A DNA stretch of 64,000 bases. Origin: Octopus vulgaris. Its lineage: Eukaryota. Made by a program: the position numbers and the translations under genes. The stretch lies in assembly GCA_951406725.2 (NCBI GenBank), contig OX597823.1:89652001-89716000 (forward strand), written 5' to 3'. The notes beneath the pieces are model-generated. The model was given only the letters and a program-made list of their open reading frames with translations, was not told the DNA's origin and made no database searches. Positions within the stretch are counted from its first letter, which is position 1. Each line of letters starts with the position of its first letter. Of the stretch, positions 22,003-34,549 are shown one piece after another.

Positions 22003-22754
22003 CTGCGCTGGTATGGTCATGTGGAAGAATGGATGAGGACAGCTGTGTGAAAAAGTGCCACACCCTAGCGGTTGAGGGAACCTGTGGAAGAGGTAGACCC
22101 AGGAAGACCTGGGATAAAGTGGTGAAGCACGACCTTCGAACTTTAGGCCTCACCAAGGAAATGACTAGTGACCGAGACCTTTGGAAATATGCCATGCATG
22201 AGAAGACCCAGCAAGCCAAATGTAACCATAATCTGATGGCCTATGCAAGGGGCGTAACCAGCCCACTTATGTGTACCTTTTCCTTCTTTGGACACTAAAA
22301 CTCTGCTTGCGAAGACCTGTTGAGACAAGTGAAATCAATCAAAATCAAATTCGATGACTGGTGTCCATGCTAGCAGGGTGCAAAGAGCACCATACGAGCG
22401 TGATCATTGACAGAGTGGCTAACTGGCTTCTGTGCCAGTTGCATGTAAAAGGGCACCATTTGAGTGTAATCGTTACCAGCGTCGCCTTACTGGTACCTGT
22501 GCTGGTGGCATGTGTAAAAAGATTCGAGCGAGGTCGTTGCCAGTACCGCCTGACTGGGCCCCATGCCGGTGGCACGTAAAAAGCACCCACTACACTCTCG
22601 GAGTGATTGGCATTAGGAAGGGCATCCAGCTGTAGAAATTCTGCCAAATCAAGATTGGAGCCTGGTGCAGCAATCTGGTTCGCCAGCCCTCAGTCAAAAT
22701 CGTCCAACCCATGCTTGCATGGAAAGCAGACGTTAAACAATGATGATGATGATG

Positions 22755-22755
<1 letters not shown>
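22001..22755 (+). mobile_element. 5'-truncated RTE copy embedded in a (TA)n tract
   Basis: RMDEDSCVKKCHTLAVEGTCGRGRPRKTWDKVVKHDLRTLGLT, long 3'UTR, (GAT)n tail; (TA)n on both flanks. Confidence 0.93.
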
Positions 22756-22785
<30 letters not shown>

Positions 22786-24252
22786 TTGGAAAAGGATGTG
22801 TGGCGTTCGATCATATGATATAAATAATATATAAATATATGCATATATACATGCATATATGTACATTAAGGCCCACAGAGGCCCTAAGCACTTAAAAGGT
22901 AACTGTAGCCATCTGAGAAATGAGCTCCGTGAGGTTGGGTGGTTGTTGCAGTGAGTATCACTGGCCATTCTCTGCGGCAACACCTTTGCAATCAGGTTAG
23001 CGAGACGCAACTAACCATGCCACTTGTTCTAGAGTATACAACCCATTACTCCCTCCCTACACACATCTTCTGTTGCTTGATCACCTCTCCCTTTTTCTCG
23101 TTTTCTTGGTGAGGTAGCTATGGGATTTTTTTTCTTGATAATTTGGTCTTTTACATTTTCCATGATTTTTTGTCTTTTTTTTCTTCCTGTAAAAACATGT
23201 TAATTAAAGTTGAAACCACTGCTGTAAATGGGCAACCAACACGTCTCCATTGCGATGTCTTCAATGATAAATATGAGCTTGTTAATTGGTTTGCCAATTA
23301 TCCAGTTAGTGTTACATGTTTAGTTGGTGTATATCAATGACGTGATATCTCCTAAGACATTTTGAATTCCTATATTGTATTTCAGATGAACTGCTTTAAA
23401 TCGAATCTTATTTATCTTGAATAAACCAGCTCGTTAATAATTCAATATCCTTAATGCACAAAATTGTTTCAAGTGTTCATCGATTCCCTTGGATAACCAC
23501 ATAGAACTCTACCACCCGCTTCACAGGGGTCAATAGTGACCACTTTGCCTATCCCTACTCGACATAGTTGCTTAGCCTTTTAGAAATAGCCAAATCTCCA
23601 TTGTATTATACTGTATTGTCTTGAAAATAGAAAAGACGCATTCGAGAATGTATTCTTACATAAACAAAAGGATTTGATACCTTTCATTATAGATCTAAGA
23701 CAGTAGCTGACAGAATTGTTTGCCGGGCAAAATGCTTAGCGGCAATTTCTTCCAGCTCTTTACATTCAGAGACCACCTTTGCCGTTCATCCATCAGGAGT
23801 TGATATAGTACCAGTTGAGCACTGTGGTGGATGCAATCGACTTCCTCTCCCCACAAAATTGCTGGCCTCTTGCTCAAAATTAGAAGATTATAGGTCTGTC
23901 TGATCAGGGCTAAACAACAACATTAGCTATGACCAGGAAACCCCTGGGAAGTCGTTCAACATTATAAGAAAAACAAACTGATTTCTCTCATAATCACGCC
24001 GTATTATCTTAAAAATAGAAAGACATCTTGTACAATGTAGTTGTGTCCTACATATAGGAAAAGAACGGTGTTGCGGATCTAGTTTTTCTCATTCGCAAAA
24101 TGAGCCCCTTTTAATTTTGCTCAGATTGTTTTCAGTTTTGGTGTATTGATGCAACTCTGAATTTTGATTATGATCAACCAATTACTTTATCTTGTAAATT
24201 AAAGAATCTGATGTTATTTGGAATTAAAGTTGGAAAATTTGCGTAATTTCAG

Positions 24253-24298
24253 CCAATCAACAGACAGCGTGACATGAGCAGCTTGTTACCATGACAAC
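24253..24298 (+). promoter_or_regulatory. CCAAT box plus RFX X-box-like palindrome
   Basis: AGCCAATCA (CCAAT at 24253-24257) and GTTACCATGACAAC (24285-24298). Confidence 0.35.
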
Positions 24299-24455
24299 TG
24301 CACGCTGTGTTGAGGTTCATTTCACTGTTGTCTGTGACTTAGTGGTTCACTTTGTTGTTCTTTGTGACGCACGTTGTTCTATGTTGATTCTCCACACCAC
24401 GAGATTCTTTTCACTTGCGTGTTTTGTTTTAATTTTTCTGTGTGTTAGTATATTA

Positions 24456-25020
24456 CATCATCATCATCATTTATCATTTAGCGTCCGCTTTCCATGCTAG
24501 CATGGGTTGGACGGTTCAACTGGGGTCAGTGAAGCTGGGAGGCTTCATCAGGCCCAGTCAGATCTGGCAGTGTTTCTACGGCTGGATGCCCTTCCTAACG
24601 CCAACCACTCCGTGAGTGTAGTGGGTGCTTTTTACGTGCCACTCGCACAGGTGCCAGACAGAGCTGGCAAACGGCCACGAACGGATGGTGCTTTTACGTG
24701 TCACCGGCACGGGGGCCAGGTAAGGCTGGCAACGGACACGAACGGATGGTGCTTTTACGTGCCACCGACACAGGGGCCAGACAGAGCTGGCAAACGGCCA
24801 CGAACGGATGGTGCTTTTACGTGTCACCGGCACGGGGGCCAGGCAGGGCTGGCAACGGACACGAACGGATGGTTCGCTTAACCACAGCTGCAATTCCCAC
24901 TGATGTTGATCGACCTCAATTTTGGTTCTGCTTTCTGATATATGATTTGGTTTGATTTTGATTGTTCTCACTGGTCTTGCCGGGTCTTCTCGCGCACAGC
25001 ATACTTCCATAGGTCTCGGT
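24456..25020 (-). mobile_element. 5'-truncated RTE copy with ABAB tandem expansion in the 3'UTR
   Basis: (CAT)n tail at 24456; ORF end (RDLWKYAVREKTRQ) at ~24970-25020; four ~61-bp units at 24624-24870. Confidence 0.92.
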
Positions 25021-25154
25021 TGCATGCAAAAAGCATATAAGATACAGGTACTTTTTTTCCTTGGAACAAATTTTTTGTAGGCCAGTGTTATTCTTATCAT
25101 AGTTTACAAATCCAAGCATGAAAACATTACTCAACTTTGGAGCTTTGAAGACAG

Positions 25155-25207
<53 letters not shown>

Positions 25208-25753
25208 AATGCATAATGTACATATATACATATACAAATACATACATCCATATGCACTTAAATATTAATGATGTGCACATATACATGACAGGTATGCCAC
25301 AGTCGGAACACCTTTGATGTATAAATCTGCTTGAGCAGGGCTGACTTGGTGTTAAACATCAACAACATCAACAATATTTCCAATGCATTCACCCGAGTTC
25401 TTTCCAGTGACTTGACCTTCAATGCCTTTTTTATCTTAGACTAGATAATTAATTAATTAGTCCGCAAGTAAATCAATATTTTTAACATGAACATTTTATG
25501 TTATATCGATACATGTTAATAGATACAGAACCGGTGTTTCATTGATGTATAAATGCATGGGAGAAAGAGAAGGGGGGGGGGCAACAAAGATCCCTCACAC
25601 ATTTTACTGTTTGACAAACACTTTAACAGCAAACTCACGGAGTGCACTAGTCCAAACCATGGTGGCAACTGGATAGCAAATCCATTAAGCTACACGAAAA
25701 CTTCAGTAGCGCTATGAACAAATGGCCATGTAAAATATGGGAGGTTTTTATGC

Positions 25754-25787
<34 letters not shown>

Positions 25788-25788
<1 letters not shown>

Positions 25789-25907
25789 TTAAAGCAGCAG
25801 AAAATTCAGCAAAACCTGTTACTCTGCTTTAAATAAAGCATATTACTCTACCACTGGTATTTGAGTTCTCTTTTTTCCACCTTGTTTCACATTTGTGTGT
25901 TTACTCC

Positions 25908-25910
<3 letters not shown>
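25788..25910. mobile_element. Short insert within a (TA)n microsatellite (Penelope-like suspected)
   Basis: ~120 bp of complex sequence flanked on both sides by (TA)n, with an internal inverted TTAAAGCAG/CTGCTTTAA. Confidence 0.4.
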
Positions 25911-25947
<37 letters not shown>

Positions 25948-27486
25948 CACACACACTCTCTCTCTCTTTCTCTCTCTCTAATGGCTCTGGGTTGTAAAAC
26001 AAAATAAATACATTTGGAAAATGTTTAGTTCCAGGTCTCAGTCCTGATTGATGAATTTACATTGTCTAATGTGCTCTTTCATTTTATAAGATGCTAAGTT
26101 GTAATTTGAAGAAACTTGGCTGTTATTTCTAACTGAACAAGTGACCACACAGAGGCTTCTTAATAGCCCTGCAGGTTATTATTGGAATTGGCGCTTCTTT
26201 CTATTAGCTAATGGACCATGATAATAAAACTTAGCGTATGTGACATGGTATGGGGCAGTAAAATGTTGTCTGGTGTGGTGTGATGTGGTGGAGTGTTGTG
26301 TTGTGGTGTAGTGTGTCTTCTATCAATCAAATGGCTAACTAAAACGTTATTGATTTTATAACTCACGTTTATCTGCTACAGAGTACACAAACGGTACATT
26401 ATTCATTCCTATTAGAAATTCTGTTGGTGTAGTGCCTGCTTTTGACTTTTTCAACATTTAACAAACCTGGCACTAATTGAAACTTATTCACCAGGGCAAA
26501 CCAACGTTATTGGTTTCGAAAGAAAGATAATATAATATCCTGTGAGCTACAACAAACCGAACCAATGGAATACCGCAGGTCTCAAGAGCTTTCAAAATTC
26601 ATATCCTATTGTTGCTACCATCTAACCATCCCACCATCTTATCCTTGGTCGAGCAGTCCCCTGATCACAAGCATTCCAGCTGTGACCATCCTGTCTATTT
26701 TGCCCAGATGTGTTCATCTTTTTATTTATTTTTTTCTTTTTCAAGAAATTTTTGAGACAATTGTGCATGTGATTTGAGAAAGATTTGCATGCTATTCCTA
26801 GCTGGTCGTTCATTTGTTGGCTCATTCATATTTTGTCTCAATAGAACGTGGACTGCTGCCAACTTTGAGACCAAGTTTAGAACCTGTGATATAGGGGTTC
26901 AACCAGTACATCAGTCCGGATAAATGAAGGGGCTTAAGACTATCTGCTGGGCTCTTTCTTAAAAGAAAAAAAGTTTTAAAAAATGAAAAGAGAAAAAACT
27001 CAGCACTCTTAAGTTTTGAGAAGATCCATCTTCACCATCCTGGGCCCTGAAAGTAGCTTTTGTTCCACCTTTCTCTTGGAAGCCCTCATCAAAACATGTT
27101 TTTTTCTAAAGTCCTGGCCAACCCAGCAATAAATAGGTGCTACTATGAATGTGGAGAAATTACAGTAATTTTTATTGTTAGCACCCACATGGATGGCGAG
27201 CTGGTGGAATCAACTTTACCTTTCATCCCTCTGGGTGACCATAGCTTCGTATTGTTTCCACAAGCAACCATTGGAGGTCTTCTCGCTCTGAGGGAATTTT
27301 CTTTTTTGTGTCTTTACTTTTGTTAATTTTACTATTTACACGCCTTCATGTAACCCTCACCTCATTTTCATATAATATTGTATCTATAGTACCATCCTCG
27401 ATCTTCTTGTAAACCCTTAGTAATTAATAAGGAAATCATTATTAGACCTTACTTTTTCTAATGTTTGTGGAGACAAAATTTCTATA

Positions 27487-27716
27487 CATCATCATCATTT
27501 AACGTCCTCCTTTCATACTGGCATGGGTTGGACCGTTTGACAGGCGTTAGCCAGCCAGGAGCCTTCACTAGACTTCTGTGTCTGTTTTGGCATAGTTTTT
27601 ACAGTTGGATGCCCTTCCTAACACCAACAACTCTGCAGAATGGACTGAGTTCTTTTTACATGGCATAAGCACAGGCGAGGTCAGTTTTGGCATGGTTTTT
27701 ACAGCCGGATGCCCTT
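27487..27716 (-). mobile_element. RTE 3'-terminus copy
   Basis: (CAT)n TTTAACGTCC...GCATGGGTTGGAC...GGATGCCCTTCCTAACACCAAC. Confidence 0.85.
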
Positions 27717-27916
27717 GAATGCTTATTTTAAAAGCAGATGAAATAATAAAATTTATTGAAGTTATTTTCGTTCAATGACATCAAACTTTAGAAACAAACC
27801 AATATCCCCTCTTTCAGCGATTTTCAGACAATTTCTTTGTGATAATATGATTTAATATCACTCTCCGTATTTGTGTATCAGATAGATATTTTTCTTAATA
27901 CTTTGCCTGATTTAAG

Positions 27917-28110
27917 ATGGTGAACTGACAGAATCATTAGCACAAGAGGCAAAGTGCTTAGTGGTATTTCGTCCGCCTTTACGTCAAGGTCAACTCCACC
28001 TTTCATCTTTTTGGGGCCAATAAATTAAATACCAGTTGAGCCCTGGAATCGATGTAATTGTATTACCCACTTCCCTGAAATTGCTGGCCTTGTACCAAAA
28101 TTCGAAACTA
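27917..28110 (+). mobile_element. SINE family A copy
   Basis: TGGTGAACTGACAGAATCATTAGC...CCTTTCATCTTTTTGGGGCCAATAAATTAAATACCAG. Confidence 0.8.
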
Positions 28111-28112
28111 AT

Positions 28113-28307
28113 ATTTTGCCAGAACTTTTGAAAGTTGTTGCCACTAAAATTCTCTTTCCTCTTTTTATTATATTCTAGTCTTAATATTTCTTTCTGATAA
28201 TATTCACCAATCTCAGCAGTGTCTGCAATGAACAAAAGGAATCACCATCCAGTCAAGTACTTTCAAGTTTAAAAATCATGAAACTTTTGCCATATGACCT
28301 TACTGAA
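28113..28307 (-). repeat. Inverted copy of 18302-18504
   Basis: See 18302-18504. Confidence 0.9.
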
Positions 28308-28394
28308 TCTTTCTGTCTTCTTTGCAGTTGCAATCTCTCTCTCTCTTTCCCTATATATATATACACACACACACAGACACACTGCAATTGCGCT

Positions 28395-28570
28395 ATTTAT
28401 GTCTGTATGTGTCTGTGTCAAAATTGTGTCTGTGTCCGCAACCACTGGACAGATTTCGACCAAACTTGGCATGAGAAACAGTGGGTACCGGGAGTGTGTC
28501 AACATCTATATGGGATTCACAAAAATTAATCTGTCTGGTTCCAGTCTGGTAAAATCCGACAAAAACGAAT
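28395..28570 (+). mobile_element. Possible Helentron-associated (DINE/HINE-like) fragment
   Basis: (TGTC)-rich tract followed by ACTGGACAGATTTCGACCAAACTTGGCA, resembling the conserved DINE-type core; ends not found. Confidence 0.35.
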
Positions 28571-28764
28571 TATCCCTCTTCCACTATTCAGTGACTCTCC
28601 TACTATTTGTCATCCTTACTACCTCTTTCTCTTATTGAGGGCTGTAGTGTGGGGAGTGGTAACTGAGAGAATTGCAGAGAATGTTACCTCTCATGACTCT
28701 CTCTTAACCAGTTGCGCTCTTTTCCATGTCCCTTTCAGTGTTACTTTGATGTTTCTCTCTCACG

Positions 28765-28802
<38 letters not shown>

Positions 28803-30074
28803 TACTTGAAAATGGATGCATGGCGTTCAGTTAAATAATAATAGAAATAATATATATTCCTAAGTGTTGTACTAATACATCTGTTTGTTTTCTATACCAC
28901 CTGTCTTCGTCTTGTGTTTTTTTCGTGAATTCTCCCTATATATATAATTCTCCCTGTATATATATATACAGCATGAAATTTAATATTAAAAAATTTCTCA
29001 TGAAGATATATATGTCTAAAATAGGATTGTATTAAAATTGTATGTAAAAATTTGTTAAAGCATCTTTTATTTGAATGACTGGAAGATACCAATTTAAATT
29101 TGTTTTCATTCAGTTTCCTTGTACGTCTCCACAGTCCTGTTTTTATTCCCAACAAAACAAACACGTGACTATCTTTCTTTTCCTCCAGGACGTCCTAAGG
29201 ATTGGATGTCTTCTATCGTTTCTCTTTTCAAAGAAAATATTTCTCCAGCATTTACTATTTTACTCTCATTCTGGTCTAACAGCCCTCCATGTTTATTTTT
29301 GTTTGGTTTCCTTGTATGTCTCCACTGTCCTGTTTTTGTTCCCAACTTTAATCCTCCATAAATCTAAAATTTTATTTTGGTATTTATGGGAGCAACTGTC
29401 TTCAAAGAGAAGACTCATATTGTCGTTCAGTGCTCAAAATGAGGAGTAGACAAATAGCTGACAACTGATGAAGGGTCGTTCATTATGTTACTTGCCCTGT
29501 TTTCCATTTTTTCTCTTGTTGTTTGCTTATTTAACTCATTTGTTTTTGTATTTCATGTTGTTTACTGTTGGTGATGTCCTGTACCTATATATATATATTA
29601 CGTATTGAACTCTCTCATACAGTGTTACCTCTCATAACTCTCTCTCTCTCTCTGTTACACACATATTTACTACTTCTCTTACTTCAATTCTCTTTTAACC
29701 GGTTATGTTCTCTCCAATGTTTCTGTCAGGGTCATTTTGAAAAAAAAAAAATACTGTCAGTCTTCACTGATGATTATATTGTAAAGAAAAGAAAAAGACA
29801 AGAATTTTCAGAATGGTAAAGTCAAAGAAGAAAAAAAAAGGCCAAAAAAAGGTGGTGGTTTGTTTTTGTTGGTGGTAGTGAGGTACAAAGGAGGTGGAGG
29901 GATTAAGAAATTTGAAAAACATGAATTTTTGAAAATAAGTCAGGTTTTTTTTTGTGTCAATTCCGAGTGTTTCAGGTTGTATATTATGAAATATTGAAAC
30001 ATACCAAAATAATAAGTTATTTCGAGGGCACATTGAAGCAAGGCATGAGCAGTTAGCTATTTTGATTTTGTATT

Positions 30075-30875
30075 GCTTATTCCAACGAAGATTTTCAGCT
30101 GGCTGCGCAGCCATTTATGCACTATTTTCTACACTTCATCTGTAGCAAATCTACAACCTTATAAAATATGCTTGAGCGATCCAAAGAGGTAATAGTCAGA
30201 AGAGGCGAGATCTGAACTGAATTCAGGCTGTTCCAGCAACTCAAAACCCAATTTTCCAATGGTTTCAACACTGTGGGAGGCCATCTATGAGCGTGCATTA
30301 TTGTGCACCAAAAACAGTTGATTTGATAATAAACCTCAGTGTTTGATGCAAATTGCTGTTTTCAGTAAGCTCTTCTGGCACCAGTCTTATACAGATTTTA
30401 CAGAAGTGAAGTTTGTTGTGAATGATTTTGTATGCAGAACTATGACTAATTTGCAAAGAACTTACCATCTCAACAATGGTCACTTGTTGGTTCACCAGAA
30501 TCATTTCTTGAACTTGATGAAGGTTGATATGCATCCAGCTCCCTTTTCTTGCTTTATGCTTGTCCAATCCACTCATACCCACTTCTTAGTTAAGCAGTCC
30601 CTATATTGTACAGAAAGCCTGTAGAGAACTTCAGCCCCTGACACACTTCACACCAGAGAAATCAGATCACTAATTTTCTTCTTCCTTGGTACACATTGCC
30701 AGTGGGGTGGCCATGTTTACTCGGTAACACAAGAGAGAAGACCGGAGCAATCGAGGTCAAACCTTGATTATGTAACTTCAAGAGTACCACCTTTTAGCAC
30801 ACAACGGTTGAAGGCATTGCAGCTAACCTAAAGAAGGTTTTGGCAAAAGTGTGGATAATTTTTGACTATTAGTAT
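30075..30875 (-). mobile_element. Mariner transposon relic, internally deleted
   Basis: VTIVEMVSSLQISHSSAYKIIHNKLHFCKICIRLVPEELTE (HTH and WVPxxL region), SSDLASSDYYLFGSLK (YSPDLAPSD motif), VHKWLRSQ; TIR-like TATACTAATAGTCAAAAATTATCCACAC at the 5' end. Confidence 0.85.
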
Positions 30876-31197
30876 ATATGAATCTCCTTTGAGCTTTTTA
30901 TTAAATGGCAAGCAGAAAAGAGGATTTCTTCACTTTCATGCATTGATCTGGTAGAGTTGCTTGGTAATGATGATGATCCAGAACTCTTTGAAACAACCAA
31001 CATTCAATATATCAATAATCCATGAGAAGTCATGAATCCAGCTTTGCCCTGCATGCAAGATAGAGAATATGCAAAAGATACTGTAGAAATAGCTTCACTC
31101 TGGGAATTTCAGACTTGCAAAATGATTGATGCCTGCTTCACTGTAAATATATGTCCAAGGATGGAGGTAGGTCAATAATTCTAACAGTTTGAGGAGA

Positions 31198-31382
31198 GAT
31201 ATATAGATGTGTTTATGCTTACATACATACATACATACAAATATGCATGTATGCATACATATGTGTATATATGTGTACATATATATATGTATATATGTGT
31301 GCATATATATATATATATACATATATGTGTGTGTGTTTGTGTATATATGTACATTATATATATATACACATACATATATATC
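31198..31382. repeat. Compound (TA)/(TG)/(TACA) microsatellite
   Basis: Direct inspection. Confidence 0.9.
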
Positions 31383-31499
31383 AATAACATGGTACAGTAA
31401 ATAAACTGTTGTCTAAATTACACAAAAATGAAAATAATGCTGACATCTCATTTTAACAGATATATATACCAAAATTACATAAAAATATCTTGAAATACT

Positions 31500-32260
31500 C
31501 AAGAGTAAATTTATTCAATAAAATCGCCATTAACTTCAACCACGGCCTTGAGACAACTTTGGTATCTCCAGCAACTCATCTGAGCAGTCTCCTTGTTTAA
31601 ATTGATGAATGCTGCCATAATCCTTGCCTTCAGTTCATCTTTTGTATTACAAGGAGTTTTGTTGGTCTCTTCCTCAACTGCGTCCTACCCATAATAATCA
31701 AGGGGGTTGCAGTCTGGGGGTTAGGTGGCCAAATGTTAAGGGTGATGTTGTCACAGAAATTGTCTGACAGCCATGACTGGGTTCTCCTGCTTGTGTGACA
31801 TGGTGCAGAGTCTTGTTGGTAGACATAGGGTCTTCCAGCAGCCACCCTCTTGACCCAGGGCTGCACTACCTCCTCCAGGCACTTGATGTATGCCTCCATG
31901 TTGAGTTTGAGGCAGTGTGGGAAGATGAATGGCAGCACAACGTCACCATCACTAGTGATCACTCCAAACACCATTATAGTGACTGGCTGTTTGATTTTTA
32001 TTACTCTCGGTACATGTCCTCAGATTGACACCCAAACGCTCTGAAATGTTCATATTGGAGCCTCCGGCATGAATGCCAAGCAGTACAGCATGTCATTTCC
32101 AAATTTCTGGTAGAGTGAATTGCGTCATGGTGCTGTTTTTCTCAGACAGTGCCCAGATGACCCTTCTATACTGTGTAGTCAACAAAATCAAAAATAAACA
32201 ATGTGGATGAGCAAAATTAAAAATATAAATGGCGACAATTTACCTATCATACTCTGTATA
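31500..32260 (-). mobile_element. Tc1/mariner-superfamily relic, DD37D (maT) type
   Basis: MVFGVITSDG...YQQDSAPCHTSRRTQSWL...IWPPN(S)PDCNPLDYY; restoring one missing base near 31710 gives 37 residues between the 2nd and 3rd Asp. 5' end TATACAGAGTATGATAGGTAAATTGTCGCC. Confidence 0.85.
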
Positions 32261-32262
32261 TA

Positions 32263-32570
32263 TCATCAACATTGCTTAATGTCTGCCTTCCATGCTAGCA
32301 TAAGTGGAATGGTTTGACAGGAGCAGGGCAGGTGGAAGCCTGCATTAGAATTCTGCAACTGTTTTGGCAGGATTTTTACAGCTGGATGCCCTTCCTAACA
32401 CCAACCATTCAACAAAGTGGACTTAGTGCTTTTTATGTGACAAGCACAAATGAGGTCAGTTGTGGCAAGGTTTTTACAGCTGGATGCCCTTCCAAATGCC
32501 AACCACTTTACAGTATGGACTGGGTGCTTTTAAATGGCACCTGCACTGACAGGGTCACCAAGTACTTGCC
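32263..32570 (-). mobile_element. RTE 3'-terminus-related copy with internal duplication
   Basis: TTCCATGCTAGCAT, then TTTTTACAGCTGGATGCCCTTCC twice. Confidence 0.8.
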
Positions 32571-32929
32571 TAACAAATAATTCTCTTTTGAGAGGGGAGG
32601 GGGCATTGGAGGAGGTGATCATGCATCAGAGGATAAAAGATTATAGTGAGACAGAGGGACAGAAACAGGTGTCTTGCTGTAGAGGAGGTATAAGGTTACC
32701 AGGCCAGGGAAGAGAGAGACAGATCAGGAATGAAGGCAGAAACAGGTGCACTGTCTCAAAGGAAATGCATGGTTACCCAACCTGAGGGAAGTACATAGAA
32801 GGGGAGAGAGAGAGTGGAAGACAGCAGGATATAGATGGTGGCAAAGTGCCAGGAAAACTCCGAAGGGATGGGGATCAGAATGTAAATGGGATGGTTGAGT
32901 AAAGGAATAGAGAGATATATAGTTCATTC

Positions 32930-33720
32930 AGAGTTGCCTCTCTTAGATACATCTCATCGACAAGAGTCAATAAACTCGAAACATCGATGTTTGAGATTCC
33001 CAAGAGATGACGACACTGAATGAACTGGGTGTTTTTACACCTTTTTACCATAAGAGAGCTTTTTCTCCATGGTGACAAATCCAGGTTGAGGGATATTTGA
33101 CCATAGATCTTGATGGCCGAGTGATTCACCACGTAAAGAGAGATATCCAAAGGAGCAGGATTGGTGGAGGTAAACCATCGAGGCCAAATACTTAAAGAGG
33201 CACCCCGTATCCACCATGAAGGACTTTGAAAAACTGGCATCTCTGATAAAGAATACACGATAAGGTGAATCGATGGGGGAAATGACTGACGTGTCTTCCT
33301 GCCAAGTTTCCCTGAGAAGAGTAGGAGCAGGGCTGTGTACATTTCTTGGCTTGGTCCTTGAACTTCCTGTAGTACCATCAGACTGAGGGAGCAGGAAGTG
33401 TACGTGTGCATGAGAAGGAGCGGCACCTGGTCCTTCCTTTGGAATGATACCTTCAAAATGAACGGTTTATACACGTGCGTGAAATCTGACGGGTCAGTTC
33501 TGCGATAGCCCACAAGATTTCAGAGGATTGCTTGTCAACCGGAGCAGAAGAAGTAGAGGGAGATGAAGAAGCGACAAGGTTATCTGCAGAGGATGGTGAG
33601 CCAGAAAATTCCATAATCCTGTCTGCGGAGGCAGCAAGTTGTTCCATCATAAGAGCTAAAATCAACTGTACATTAGAAGGCATCCTCAAGAAAAATAGTT
33701 GTTTCAAAAATTTGTTTGTC
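32930..33720 (-). mobile_element. Ty3/Gypsy LTR-retrotransposon gag-protease relic
   Basis: LKQLFFLRMPSNVQLILA...LAASADRIME (gag), WYYRKFKDQAKKCTQPCSY (gag C-terminal knuckle-like), FMVDTG/ASLSIWP (aspartic protease, frameshifted), NHSAIKIYGQISLNLDL. No LTRs found. Confidence 0.8.
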
Positions 33721-33889
33721 CAAAATCATGCAGGAAGTAGAAGAAAGTGTAGTATAAGTGAAGGGAGAGGAGAGAAAATAGTAATTCAGTGAAGAAGTAG
33801 TGAGAGCAATAGTCCTCATTGTAAGGGAGTGAGAGAAAGTAATAGCAATGAGGTCATGTATCTTCTGTTTTTCTCCATCATAACATATG

Positions 33890-34295
33890 AATGAGAAAGG
33901 AAGGGGTGAAAAAACTCAACATTTCAACTCTGTGTGAGTGTATGTGTGTTTATGTAAAAAGAGGTATGTTAGTGTATGTGTGTGTGTGTGCATGCGCACA
34001 ATGGAAATGGGATGGTGAGCATTCAACGTTGAAAAGAAAAATCAAACAGCATTTCAGATCTGTGTGAGTGTATAAGGGGAGTATGTGAACATTGACAAGT
34101 GTATTAATTTGATTTACCATCCATATCGTCTACTATAATAATACTTGTGTATATTTCCCCGTCACAACATATGAGTTGTGAGGAAGGGGTGGTAAGATGA
34201 ATAAGGAAGGAAGGGGTGATGGCAAACTTGGTAGTGGGATGATGGAAGTTTTATGGTGAAAAAAGAAATCAAACAGCATTTCAACTTTATGTGAG

Positions 34296-34339
<44 letters not shown>

Positions 34340-34445
34340 AAAGGGAGTCATGTGAATGAGTGTGTGCAATAGAAGCAGGATGGTGGGCATTCAATGCTGA
34401 AAAGAAAAAAACGGTGTTTTCAACTCTGTGTGGAAGGGAAGTATG
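33890..34445 (+). repeat. Locally duplicated unit (AAACAGCATTTCAACTCTGTGTGAG plus TG tract), four partial copies
   Basis: Motif at ~33915, 34042, 34270 and 34410; GGATGGTG(A/G)GCATTCAA(C/T)G(T/C)TGAAAAGAAAAA occurs twice. Confidence 0.7.
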
Positions 34446-34549
34446 TAAATGTTTGTATGCGAGATTATGTACCTTATTTATATATAAAATACTACAATTA
34501 GCTGTCATTTTTGATGGCCAGCTAGTTAGAATATAATACTTATATCATA

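Noticed and set aside
24624-24870. Regularly spaced repeats suggestive of a CRISPR array
   Set aside because: Eukaryotic context, the 'spacers' are homologous to each other, the array lies inside a LINE 3'UTR, and there are no cas genes.
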